DNA of 38,090 nt, taken from Lama guanicoe (lineage: Eukaryota). The translations under genes and the position numbers were made by a program. Numbering within the stretch: the stretch's first letter is position 1; the number at the start of each line of letters is the position of its first letter. Positions 1 to 12,499 of the stretch are shown piece by piece. The stretch is from NCBI GenBank assembly GCA_013239625.1, contig MU053561.1:2264420-2302509 (forward strand), read 5' to 3'. A model generated the notes under the pieces. It was not told where the DNA came from. It worked only from the letters and a program-made list of their open reading frames with translations, and did no database searches.

Positions 1-168
1 AGCACAGGGAAATATACACAAAATGTTATGATAAATCACAGAGAAAAAAATGTGACAATGAGTGTGTATATGTCCATGAATGACTGAAAAATTGTGCTGA
101 ACACTGGAATTTGACACAACATTGTAAAATGATTATAAATCAATAAAAAATGTTAAAAAAAAAAAAAA
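1..168 (+). mobile_element. 3' end and poly(A) tail of a young LINE-1 (cut by window start)
   Basis: L1 3'UTR motifs (agcacagggaaatata...tgctgaacactggaatttgacacaacattgtaaa), AATAAA near 142, long pure A tail at about 155-168. Confidence 0.8.
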
Positions 169-1230
169 GAAAGAAAATATCTGCAAACAATGTGACTGAC
201 AAGGGCTCCATTTCCAAAATATACAAACAGCTCATACAACTCAATAACCAAAAAACAAACCATCCGATCAAAAAATGGGCAGGAGATCTAAATAGACATT
301 TCTCCAAATGAAGACAAACAAATGGCCAATAGGCACATGAAAAGATGTTCAATATCACTGATGATCAGAGAAATGCAAATCAAACTACAATAGGTATCAT
401 CTCACCCAGGTCAGAATGGCCATCATTCAAAAGTCCACAAACAATAAATGCTGGAGAGGGTGTGGAGAAAAGGGAACCCTCCTACACTGCTGGTGGGAAT
501 GCAGTTTGGTGCAGCCACTATGGAAAACAGTATGGAGATTCCTTAAAAAACTAAAAATAGACTTACCATATGATCCAGGAATCCTAGTCCTGGGCATATA
601 TCCAGAGGAAATTCTAATTCAAAAATATATATGCACTCCAATGTTCACAGCAGCACTATTTACAATAGCCAAGAAATGGAAGTAACCCAAATGCTTTGTC
701 AACAGATGACTGGTAAAGAAGATATGGTATATATATATAAAGTGCAATACTATTCAGCCACAAAAAGATTAAAATAATGCCACTTGCAGCAACATGGATG
801 GACCTAGAGATCATCATACCAAGTGAAGTCATCAGATGGAGAAAGACAAATATTGTTATCACTTATATGTGGAATCTAAAAAGTGATACAAATGAACTCT
901 TTTACAAAACAGAAACAGACTCACAGACATTAAAAAAAAAAACTTATGGTTACCAATGGTGAAAGAGGGAGAGGGATAAATTAGAAGTTTGAGATTAGCA
1001 CACATAAGTAGTAATAGATACAAACTACCATATGTAAAATAGATGAACAACAAGGTCCTACTACATAATACAGGGAACAATATCTTGTAGTAACCTATAA
1101 TGAAGAAGAATATGAAAAAGAATATGTATGTATAACTGAATCACTTTGCTGCACACCAGAAATATAACCATGTAAATCAATTATACTTCAATTTAAAAAA
1201 TTATTTTTTAAAGAAAAAAAAAGAAAGAAA
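169..1230 (+). mobile_element. LINE-1 3' portion (ORF2 C-terminal Cys-rich domain plus 3'UTR), artiodactyl type
   Basis: ORF 416-685 [36 protein letters not shown] and ORF 777-962 MPLAATWMDLEIII are ORF2 C-terminal motifs, frameshifted. 3'UTR and A-rich tail run to about 1230. Confidence 0.93.
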
Positions 1231-1239
1231 ACTGCCAAA

Positions 1240-1756
1240 ATAATAAATTCAAGAAATGGTGCTATGAAAAGAACTATAAAATAAATCTACAACTAATTTT
1301 TAAAAAGTAGTCAAAGGAATATAAAAACACAAAAAAGGAATTGAGAATGCATTAATAGACAAATATAAAGGAAATGAAGAAAACTATTTTTAAAAGCCCA
1401 GTTTAGTCATAGCTTCCAAATAAATTTGAAAATGAGTGAACTGATGATTTTCTAAGAAAATAGGTTTTATTTTGACTTATGAAAGAAGAAACATAATCTA
1501 AATATAAACAGACCAAGAAACAGAGGAAATTAATAATTTTCAAAGAGCTACTCGCTATGAAAGTATCATACTCTGGAAGGTTCACGAATAAATTCTATTT
1601 TAATGTTAAGGATAGCAACTCTTACATAAATTTTTATAGGACATAGGAAAAGAGAGCTTAAAATTCAACTTACAAATTCTGCATACCATTGATGCAAAAA
1701 TGTAACTTAGTAAGGAACTAAAACTATTATCTGATCTCATTCATGAGCATCGAGGC
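1240..1756 (+). mobile_element. Highly decayed old L1 ORF2 fragment
   Basis: A-rich, with degenerate PDGFT..F and PISLMNIDAK coding remnants (ggaaggttcacgaataaattcta; atctcattcatgagcatcgaggcaa). Confidence 0.5.
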
Positions 1757-3628
1757 AATATTTAGGAATGTACTTGCCAGGTGTATGGTAAGTTTATGTT
1801 TAACTTTATGAAAGACTGACAAATGCTCTCCAGAGTGGATGGTTTTACACTCTCAGCAGCAGGGTATGAGAGGTCTAGTTGTTCAACCATCCTTGTCAAT
1901 ATTTGACATTACTGGTCTTTTTAATTTTATTGATTCTAATGGCTGTGTAAGAAACTGCACTGTGGTTTGAATTTTAATTTCCCTTGTGACTGACGTGCTT
2001 ATTGGCTTATTCATTTACCTTCTTTAGTGGAGAATTACTTACATATTCTGAATACATCCTTATACATATATCACAAATATATTCTCTAATTCTGTGGCTT
2101 GCCTTTTCATTTCCTTAATGTCTTCTGGAGAGCAGAAATTTTTAATTTTCATAAAATAAAATTTATCAATTTTTTTCTCACGGTTTATTCTTTTTGTATT
2201 CTGAAAACTCTTTGCTTACTTCAAGGTCACAAAGATTTTCTCAAATGCTTTTTACTGGAAATTTCATATTTTTAGTTTTTATGTTTAAATCTATGACCCA
2301 TTTCCAAGCTCATTTTTGTGTACTAAGTTGAAGAGTCAAGGTTTTTATTTTTCTATACAAATATGTAACTGATCCAGCACCACCTGTTGGAAAGACTTTG
2401 CTATAACCCACTGAATTATACCTCAGCACCTGTTAAAAATCAATTTAAAATGTATGTGCAGTTCTATTTCTATTCTTTTCCAGTGATTTCTACATATAAT
2501 GTAATGCTAAAACCATACTGTCCTCATTACTGAAGCTTTATAGTAAATCTTAAAATCAAATAGTGTGTATCCTTCAACTTTTTTCTACCTTTTAAAAAAT
2601 TATTTTGATTTATATGGAAAAGTAATTTTTACTGGGATTACTTTAAACCTAAATATTGAATTTCAAGAGAACTGACATTTCCACAACATTGAGTATTCCA
2701 ACTCATAAACACGGCAACTCTTTCATTTAAGTCCTTTTAAATTCCTCATGATAATCACAGTTTTCAGTGTACAGGTTTTGCATATTTTGTTAAATTCATC
2801 CACATATACTTCCTATATTTTATGCTACTGCAAATGATATTATTTTAAATTTGCATTTGTAATCTTTATTGCTAGCATCTAGAAATATAATTAATTTTGG
2901 ATATTGAATTTGTATCCTATGGCCTTATTACTAAATTTGTTTATTTGTTCTAGTACTTTTTTGTTGTTTGGTAGATTCCCTAGAATCTTCTTCATGAACA
3001 ATCATACTGACTACACGTAAAGATAGTTGTACTTCTCTATTTTTAATCTTTGTACATTTTTGTCTCTGTCTTTCTTTACTGCACTGGCCAGGACCTCATA
3101 TGTAATGTTACATAAAACTTGGAGAACAGAGATATCTTTGCCTAGTTCACAATCAGGGAATGGCGTCTAGTCTTTCAACATTACATGTGGGGATTTTTTA
3201 CATTTGTTTGGTTTTGGGTGTGTGTGTTGGGGGGGTAGTGGTGGTTAATGGGCTCTTTATCGAGTTGAGAAAGCTCCCTTCTAGTCCAAGTTTACTGAGA
3301 GTTTTTACTATGGATGGATATTAAGTGCTGTTAAATGCTTTTTTGGCATCTACTGAAATGATCATATGATTTTCCTCTTTTAGGCCCTTAATGTCTTCAA
3401 TTACGTTAACTAATTTCCAAATGTTAAACCAACCATGCATTTTAAGATAAACTCCACTTGGTCATGAGGTATTATTTTTTAATGTATTGCTGAATTAGAG
3501 TTACTAAGGTAAATCTAATTTGGTCACAGATTTTTGTGTCTATGTTCATGAGGGGCATTGGTCTATAGTGTCCTTTTATTGTAATATTGTTGTCTGCTTT
3601 TGGTATTAGGGCTTTGGTGGTGCTACCA
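1757..3628 (-). mobile_element. Old L1 ORF2 fragment (RT to C-terminus), no 3'UTR
   Basis: ORF 3472-3660 contains LIPKADNNITIKGHYRPMPLMNIDTKI (start of L1 RT). Reverse-complement ORF2 motifs continue to the LPYDPAIPLLGI region near 1760-1800. Confidence 0.85.
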
Positions 3629-3629
3629 A

Positions 3630-4935
3630 GAAGACATAATAATCCTAAATGTGTAAACATCTAACAAGAGTATCTCAAAACATATGAAGCAAAAGTTGAT
3701 AGAATTGAAAGGAGTAAGGAAGAAATCCAATATTAGAGTTGGGAACTTCAACACCCCTCTCTTAGTAATTGACAGCACTGCTAGACAGCAAACCAGATAG
3801 AGGGAGCCTGAACAACCCCATTAACCCATGGGCTCTAACTGACATGAATAAAACATTCTACACCTAATAACAGTCACAACACATATACACACTCTTTTCA
3901 ACCACAAATAAACATTTGCCAAGATAGGCCATTTTCTGGGTCATAAAGTAAATCTCAAATAATTTAAAAGACATGAAACCAAATTATATTCTCTGACCAT
4001 AATGGAATTTAGTTAGAAATCAGTAACAGAAAGATAACAGAAAAACCTCTAAGCATTTAGTAATTAAACAACTAACTCAAAGAAAGTTTTAAAACATACT
4101 TAATTGAATAAAAATGAAAACACAACATATCAAAATCTTTGGGATGTAACTAAAGCAGCACTTAGCAGAAAATTAATAGCACTAAATGCTTACACTGGAA
4201 AAGAGGATCTTTAAACTACTCTAGGCTTCTACTTCAAGAAACTAGAACAGCAAAACCAAAATCAACCCAAATCATACAGAAGAGTGGAAATAATAAAAGA
4301 TAAGAGCAGAAATCAAAGAAATTGAAAACACAGAGAAAATATCAAGAAGAATAAGGAAAGCAAAAGTTGCTTCTTTGAAAATATAAATAAAATTGGTAAA
4401 CTTCTAGTAGGACTGACAAAGAAAAAAAGAGAAAACACAAATTAGCAATATTAGAAATGAAAGGAAACTACAGCTGCCACAAATATTCAAAAGATATCAA
4501 TACTCCAAACAACTCTATGCACATAAAATCAACCACATAGATGAAACAGACCAATTCCTTAAAATCACCAACTACCAAAAACTCACCCAAGGTGAAATAG
4601 GTAAACTTAATGGTCCTTACAGAGGAAACGAAATTGAGAAACTGAAGTTATAGTTCAAAAACCTCCCAGAAAAAATTAAAACAAAGAACAAAAAAACAAA
4701 CTCCACAGGCAGGTGACTTCACTGGCAAATTATATAAAAAATTTAAGGAAAATATAAAACCAGCAGTACACAATCTTTTCCAGAAAAATAATGAGCAGAG
4801 AACACTTCCAAACTCATTTTATCAGGCCAATATTACACTGATACCAAAACAAGACAAAGATAATACAAGAAAAAAATACAAAACAATATGCCTCCCAAAA
4901 TATGAATACAAAATCCTCAACAAAATATTAGAAAT
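3630..4935 (+). mobile_element. Old L1 ORF2 fragment (endonuclease to start of RT)
   Basis: aagaagacataataatcctaaatgtgta (EDITILN.Y), gggaacttcaacacccctct (G.FNTPL), ttctctgaccataatggaa (SDHNG), cttccaaactcattttat...ctgataccaaaac (LPNSFY..LIPK). Confidence 0.88.
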
Positions 4936-5169
4936 CATTAGCAAATTAGAAATGACAAAAAGAGTTTATACATACACACATGGAAAATAAGACACACTTC
5001 AAAAAGCATTGTAAAATCAAATTAATACTTCTTTTCCAAATCAAAATTATTTTAAATGCAAAGAGATTTATCCCTAACAAAAAATCTTTCAATCTCCAGA
5101 ATATCTAAGTAAAAGTAATTCATTGTGACTATTAATCACTGTTGGAAAAATTACTACCAGTGCTAACTT

Positions 5170-5595
5170 ACGTCTAACAACATTTTCTTCTCCCCACTCA
5201 CAAGTTACAGCTGAGCCCTAACCAGGCAAAGCCAAACGAATCTATCCCATGCCTCTGGGTATAGCATCTGGGTCAAGGATGGACACAGGACCCAAATACA
5301 TTAAAAAAAAAAAAAAACAGTGGTTTTTGAGAAAACCAGGTGCTCTCTTCACTACAGTGTTCTCTTTTCTATCGATGTGTGATATGAAGCTTCCAGGTGC
5401 TGCAGCCATCCCACCTAAGAAGCCAGTCTGAAGACATAAACACACAAAAGAAAACAGAGGAAAGAGATAAAGAAAAAAGCTTAGTCTGGAATCAGATCTA
5501 CTCTAGAGTATCATTGATCTGATTCAATTTCTTTTTTAGTTTAAGCTACTTTAAAATGGATTTTTGGTTATCTGCACATAAAAAACCCTCTGATG
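5170..5595 (+). mobile_element. Old MaLR LTR remnant (MLT1J/K-like)
   Basis: gatggacacaggaccca, gcagccatc and the 3' motif tttaagctactttaaaatggatttttggttatctgca resemble late MLT1 LTRs. Confidence 0.45.
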
Positions 5596-5984
5596 CCAAG
5601 CACGAACTAGGCAGAAGTCAGAGGAATATGATTTCCGTTACCATATAAAAGAATGTTTTAGTACTCAAGGCTAAGAAAAGGAAATAGACAAATTTTAAAT
5701 TGTTTTCCTTATAATCTAGAATATTGTGATTAAGGGTTCAATACCTGCCTATATGTTCCTACAGTAATAGGCTAGATTTGTAAAGTTCCTTCCAAGTCTT
5801 TAAGATTCTGACTCTGTAAAAGCATACTGAATTTGGGATGTCAAATGAGACACTCAGAACTAGGGGTCACCCTTTGCTTAGACTTCTATTTAAACAAAAA
5901 AGTGAAAAACAGATTTTTTTTTTAAATGCCAAATCATACTCACTAGCAAGAATATGAGATATAGAGTGGGGAGGATACAGCTCA

Positions 5985-6600
5985 AGTGCTCCATTATTTA
6001 GAAGCTGTGTGACCTTGGGCAAGTCATTTAACCCTAATTGTGCTTCAGTTTCCTCATCTGTAAAATGGGAACAGTAAAAATAGCACGTGCCTCATAGAAC
6101 TGTTGTGAGTACTAAATAAGCTCATTCACATACATCACTTAAATCAGTCCCTGGCACATAGTGCTTAGTTTATTAGTCTGTTCAGGCTGCCGTAACAAAA
6201 CACCATACACTATGAGGCTTAAACAGCAGAAATTTATTTTCTCACAGTTCTGGAGGCTGAAAGTCCAAGATTAAGATTCTAGTTTTTAGTGGAGCACCTT
6301 CTTCTTGGTTTATAGATGTCCACCTTCCCACTGTTATCATACCCACGTAGCCTTTCCTTGATGTACGTGGCATGGGGAGAGAGAGCTTGTAGGTCTCATT
6401 CTCTTTCTTTGAGGGTTCCAGCCCCATCTGATTAGGGCCCCAAACTTACGACCTCATTTAATTTTAATTACCTCCTAGAAGCTCTATCTCCAAATACAGT
6501 CACATTGGGAGTTAGAGCTTCAGCGTATGAATTTACGGGGGACAGGATTCAGTCCACCACGGTAAGCACTATAGAAAGATTGTTAATGTTAATACTATTA
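5985..6600 (+). mobile_element. MIR SINE interrupted by an MLT1A LTR
   Basis: MIR core gctgtgtgaccttgggcaagtcatttaac...cagtttcctcatctgtaaaatggg...cctggcacatagt. The tail gtaagcact resumes at about 6562. Confidence 0.85.
6165..6561 (-). mobile_element. MLT1A-type MaLR solo LTR
   Basis: ttagtctgttcaggctgccgtaacaaaacacca...aaatttattttctcacagttctggaggctg...tccaaatacagtcacattgggagttag...attcagtcca, the reverse-complement MLT1A pattern. Confidence 0.85.
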
Positions 6601-8467
6601 ATGTGTATGTGACGATTGTTCTAACGGAAGATATAGTTTTATTCACAAACCCAGTTACAGAATCTCTAAAGCAAATAACTGTCCTCATGCGTCACCGAAA
6701 AGGTTAAACTTTGTATTAGAAAATACTTAATTGCTATTCATTTATGTGGTAATCTCTTAGAAAGGGAAGACTAAAGCTGACAAAATCTTGCTTTTGTACC
6801 AAGTTAAAAGACTCATTTTGTGAAGTCTCCCTTTCCAACTCTAAGCTCCTTTAATTTCTAAGACCTCAAAAATAACTTTACCCAGTAAATCAGCTTGAGT
6901 GCTCCTAATGACCAACTGGCAAGAACTACCCTGACAATAATCTGAACCTGCCATGCCCTGGTCATCATTTACCAACCTTACCAATAGTGATCTACAAAGG
7001 TCACTTTTGAAGAAGTCTGAAAAAATTACCACAAATAAAACCACCTTCCATAAAAAAAAAAAAGCTATTATTTTTAAAAAGAAAAAAACGTTAAGTCAAA
7101 AGTTACCCATTAGGATTTAAAATTCAGCAATCTTTCCTTACACAGTTATTGCAATGATTAAATAAACGTATGTTATTTACCTACTACCTTGCCTAGGATT
7201 AGTATCCATCTGGTAAGTGTTAGTACATTAGATGTTCTAAGAAATACGGTTTAAAAGACCAAGCAGAAAATTAACATCCAACTCATTTTCAATACATGCT
7301 TATATTCCAAGTTTTTAAAAGGGCTCAGAATTTACCACTGAGTTTAATATACAGGGATGGTTACTTGAAGAGAGGATCTAATTTTAAATAATCACTAAAT
7401 ACAGTGTCTTTTACTACACTAATGTCTCATTGTGGCATTCATAAAGCAACAGGAACTCCTTCATCTGTAACCTCTGCTGAGGAAATAACCTTTATTTCAT
7501 TAAGTGAAAGCTGCTAACTTAAATGTCATATATGAGATCACTGGTGTCTTTGATTATCTAGAAGAAAATTCTTTCCATTGTCCTTCCATTCCAACATCTC
7601 TCAAACCCAGGAGAAATTATCCTTTCAGTCATTTCCTTTTTTGACAGAAAACAATCAAGCATCAAACATATTATAAGAGAAATTGTAGAACTAGAAAAAT
7701 TCTTCCAGAATCACAATAAAAAAAATATTACTTGGATTACTGTGGTGGTAGAGACAACTGCACTGCATATAACTAATATATGTGCCTTCTAACCCCATTA
7801 ATATTTTCTTGCCTTCACCTACCATTATTTAAAAGATATACATCACATCAAGAAGGCTTTAAAACAGGGGAAAGAAGTGAAGACTACAAAAAACAGCTCA
7901 GTAATTCTCAAGACTTATCCTTGAGTTAAGTAAAAGCTGTTGGTTAAGTTAGTTAAGTAAGTTAACTTACTCTTTTACACTGAGAAGTTTAACAAGTGAA
8001 CTGAAGTCAAGAGAGGCAGAAGGTTAGGGCAGACTCTAAACACAGCTCTTCCCCAAACCTCCATCCCTACACACACTGCTAATTTTCCCCTTGGAATTCT
8101 GAATATACATTATAACTCACTCAACTCACCAACCAAATCACCTTGGGCAAGATACTTTTTTTTTTTAACATACCTGGATAGCACTACTGGAATTTCCCAT
8201 CTTTTCCTCCTCCTCTACAATGTGTGAGTATCAGAAATGGCATTGTGTTAAAAAAAAAAAAATAGAAATAGGCACCTATCTTCCTTGGTAGTAAAGAACA
8301 ACAGTGCAGAAGAAGCTTCAAAATACTCAAATAAATGACTAAACAATCTCTATGTAAATAGAAAATCTGTCACATATCTGTGTTTTCCAAAGCAAGTATA
8401 ACCAAATCTTGACTGAAATTTGCCAAAAAAAAAAAAAGTTGCTTCAAGTTACAGTTTCATAGAAATA

Positions 8468-9303
8468 CAGCAGTCCTCCCTTATCCAAAGGGTATTCATT
8501 CCAAGATACCCAGTGGCTGCCTGAAACCCTGGATAGCACTGAACTCTATATATATTATGTTTTTTTCCCATACATACCTGTGATAAAGTTTAATTTATAA
8601 ATTAGGCACAGTATGAGATTAATAATAATCACAAAATAAAGCAGTTACAATAATATGCTGTAATAAAAGTTACGTAAATGTGGGGTCTCTCGTTCCTTAA
8701 AATATCTTACTGTACAAATTTAATCCCTTTTCCATCTTAATAAGCACTAACTGCACCGTGGCCATAACTTCTACAGTTTGAGGTGTGACAGCAAAACTAG
8801 CACGCATTTCTACTTTCTTCTTCACAATTTCACAAATAGAAGATTTGTTCTTACCTTAGATCTTTACAACCTCAGCATATGATTTTTTTCTTTCCTTACT
8901 AAGTCAGGAACTTTTACCTTTTCACTTAAAGGAAGCATTTTACAGCTTTTTTGGCAAATCCAAATTGCTGGCATCACTACTTTTATACTTTGGGGCCATC
9001 ATTAAGTAAAATCAGGGTTACCTGAACACAAGCACTGTGCTACCTCCACAGCTGATCTGGTAACATAGATGGCTACTAAGTGACTAATGAGCAGGATAAA
9101 CTGGACAAAGTGATGGTTCACACCGCAGGCTGGAGAGAGCAGGATGGCACGAGATTTTATCATGCTACTCAGAAAGGCACACAGTTTAAAACTTATGAAT
9201 TGTTTATTTCTGATATCTTCCATTTAGTATTTTGGACCAAGCTTGACTATAAGCAATTGAATCCAGGGAAAACAAAACATTAGATAAGGGGGGGGGACTA
9301 CTG
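8468..9303. mobile_element. Tigger7/MER44-type non-autonomous DNA transposon (TcMar-Tigger)
   Basis: TIRs CAGCAGTCCTCCCTTATCC (from 8468) and AGATAAGGGGGGGGGACTACTG (to 9303), TA on the left and CA (mutated TA) on the right, internal tgataaagtttaatttataaattaggcacagta. Confidence 0.85.
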
Positions 9304-9395
9304 CACTCAGATTTTAGGAAGTACTTAAACAGTTAGATCCTATTTTAAAAATAAAGGTAGAAAATGAAAACAGTACTTAGAAAAAGTAAACTTAC

Positions 9396-9492
9396 CAAAT
9401 ATATTAGTGGAGTGTCCTTTCCTTGCAATAGGTCTGAGTTCATTATGTCCCCACCCGTACATCCTATAATTATCCCAGGCGTGTTTCATCAT
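9396..9492 (-). CDS. MAN1A2: MAN1A2 coding exon 3 (start of GH47 catalytic domain)
   Basis: Minus strand: TTTTTCTTTTCTCAG|ATG ATG AAA CAC GCC TGG ... ATA TTT G|GTAAGT, translating MMKHAWDNYRMYGWGHNELRPIARKGHSTNIF(G), the GH47 HAWxxY..YxWG.xEL.P motif. 97 nt, in phase with the previous exon. Too short for the ORF track. Confidence 0.96.
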
Positions 9493-9729
9493 CTGAGAAA
9501 AGAAAAATTATAACACATCAATTTACATTTTTCACAGACTCTTATCTTTATATTTCATGTAACTTAGTGATTCTATCCTTACAAACTTCTGTATCGCCTA
9601 CATTAGTATATTATCCTATTAACATCTATGTCAGTATGAAAACACACATACCATGTTTAACTTGAGTCTACACAACAGAACAAAAAATTGGATGTAATAA
9701 ACAAGCTCTTTTTTTTAATGGGGAGGCAG

Positions 9730-10435
9730 GTGTCTGGCATTCTTTCCTTTTAGGAAGAATGAATCCTTTTGGAAATAGCTCCCCTTCCCTCACTGTGATT
9801 ATGCCAGAGTTGTCAATCAAGGGGCTCTGATTCCACAACCAATTAACACAGCCTGGCTGGAGTATCCCTTACCCTTAGACCAAAGACTAGCAAACTCTCC
9901 CTGTAAAGTAAATATTTTAGGCTTTGCAATCCACACAGTCTCTGTAGCAACTACTTAGCTGTTAAGCACAAAAGCACCCTAGATAACACAGAACCAGACA
10001 GGCATAACTGTGTTCCAACTAAACTTTATTTTAAAAAATGAGGCAGTATAGACAGAATTTGGCCAGCAGGCTGTGGTCTGCCACCCCATGACCTACACAA
10101 CGTGACTGGGTACATGTGATTCAAGTAGGGGCAACCAAGTCCTTTCAAACATGTTGTTATAGGCACCAGGAGTCAGAGGGACTCCCTCATTTTGCAATCT
10201 CAAGGTCTACGTAACGTATAACCCTGGGGCTGATGGGAACTAACTCTCTCCCAACATGGAGAAACTAAATAACAAAAGAAAACAGACAGAGACAGATGCG
10301 TATTACTGACAAAAACATCTATAGACCTGGATTTAGCCAAGTTTGAAGTCCTAGTTTAGAGCCAAGAAGCTAATAAATCCTTTTGTATCAATTAGTTTGA
10401 ACTGAATTTCTTACAACCCAAGGAGTACTAGGCTA
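9730..10435 (+). mobile_element. Old MLT1-like LTR remnant hosting a MER58A insertion
   Basis: 3' motif gagccaagaagctaataaatccttttg...agtttgaactgaatttcttacaacccaaggagt. Confidence 0.4.
9881..10090. mobile_element. MER58A-like hAT-Charlie MITE
   Basis: gcaaact...gtaaatattttaggctttgc...gtctctgtagcaactact...ctgtgttccaactaaactttattt...atttggcc...tgccacccc. Confidence 0.8.
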
Positions 10436-10539
10436 CACAACAGCAGAGTACTTAATTATGTATCAGCTGAATTATGTAATAGTAGTCTGTGGTATATCAA
10501 ATACAATATTCATTAAAACATTTCTCAACTTGCTTTTTG

Positions 10540-12376
10540 CAGCTAGCATTACTCAGACACCAAAACTAGGCAGAGACATTACAAGGAAACTAAAAACCAA
10601 TGTATCCAAAAACAGATACAAAATTTTAAAAATTCCTTAATAAAAATTAATAATATATTAAAAAGGAGATGTACAATGACCAAGCGCAGTTTAACCCAGG
10701 AATATACGACTAATTTAACATTCAAAACCCATCAATATAATTCATAATGTTAAGAATAAAAAGGAAAAAATCATACAATCATCATTCTAGATGTAGACAA
10801 AGCATTTGACAAAATTCAACACCCATTCATGATAAAAACTCAGTAAACTACAACTACAAGGAAATATCCTTGTCTTAATAAAGGGCATCTTCAAAAAAAC
10901 CTACAGTTTACATCATAGTTAACAGTAGAAGATCCTCCTGCTAAAGTTGAGAACAAACCAAATACATCTATTCTCATCACTTCTTTTCAACAATGTACTG
11001 AAAGTCCTAGCTAGTGCAATAAGAAAATAAATAAAAGGCAAAAAAAAATCAAAAAGGAAAAGTACCTCTATTCACAGAGGACATGACTATGCACAAGGAA
11101 AATCCTAAGCCATCTTAAAATAAAAAGCCACTAAAAAGAAAAGACGACTTCAGTAAATGAGATACAAGTTCAGAAAAGTAAAATTAAATATATTACTAAA
11201 TGCTAGTAATGAACAACAGACATAGAAATTAAAAAACAATTTCTTTTTATAATAGCATCAAAAAACATGAAACATTTAGGAATAAATGTAACAGGATATG
11301 TGCAAGAACTATACACTAAGAACTAAAAAACACTGCTCAGAGAAATTAAAGAAAACCTAAATAAGCAGAAAGATGTAAACTGCTCAGGGAATGAAGATCA
11401 AATATTAAAGATGACAATTCTTCTCAATTCACCTACAGATTCTATGAAATCCCAAACAAAATGCCAGCAATCTTTTATTTTCACAGAAAAGCTAATTCTA
11501 GAAAGGCAAAGGACTTACAATGGCCAAAACGATTTTTTAAAGAACAAAGCTGGAGGACTTACCTGTTTCAAAACTTACTATAAGTTAAGGTATTCAACAG
11601 TGTCATATTCTCATTAAGGATAGGAATATAGACTAATGCAATAGATATGAGTCCAGAGAGAGACTCAACATCTATTGATTTTGTCAACTGATTTTGAACA
11701 AAAGTGCCAAGGTAATTCAATTGGGAAAGGATAATCTTTTCAACAGATAATGCTGGAACCCTAGAAAGCCCTACGGAGGAAGAATGAAGTACAATCTTTA
11801 CTTCATACAATAAACAAAAAAACTTAACTCTCAACAGATCACAGACTGATATGCCAAAACTAAAACTAAACCATATGCCCACACAAAGACTTGTACACAA
11901 ATGTTCACAGCAACTTTATTCATAATAGTCAAAAACTGGACCAAATGTTAAACAAATGTTCAACAGGTGAATGAATAAAACAAATCATGGTATATCCATA
12001 CAACGGAACACTACTGGGGAAAAAATTACCTTTATATGCAATCTACGTAGATGAATCTCAAAAACATGCTGACAAAAGCCCAGAAACAAAATATCACACA
12101 ACTTATAATTTCATTTGATTGACACTCTAGAAAAGACAAATCTAATCCATAATGACTAAGAGCGGATCAGTGGCTGCCTGGAGCCAAGGAATGGAGTGGA
12201 CTGACTAGAAAGGGGTACAAGTAAACCGTTTTGAGATTATGGACATATTCACAGCTTGACTGCAATTGTTACACAGGTATGTACATCTGTAAAATCTCAT
12301 ATAAAGCCGTACTCTTAAAATACATACGTTTTATTGTACATATATTATGTCTCAATAAAGTCGAATTTTTAAAAAA
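10540..12376 (+). mobile_element. Old L1 (L1M type), RT through 3'UTR, with an internal deletion near 11860
   Basis: aaagcatttgacaaaattcaacacccattcatgataaaa (KAFDKIQHPFMIK), ttcacagaggacatgact (decayed FADDM). The 3'UTR ends tgtctcaataaag...aaaaaa. Confidence 0.88.
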
Positions 12377-12499
12377 TCTAATAGCCTGTCCTATCTTCCT
12401 CATTAGTAATTTTCGCTCTCCTGAGCTAAGAAGTTAAAGCTTTTTCACTTGATTTTCTAGTTACCACTATATTTCTAAGTATAGTTTGTAGTGCTATTT

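Noticed and set aside
345..962. ORFs as host zinc-finger or other genes
   Set aside because: They are frameshifted pieces of the L1 ORF2 C-terminus.
1..9395. MAN1A2 exon 4
   Set aside because: I found no minus-strand sequence encoding the expected GATIVDALDTL motif, so it probably lies before base 1.
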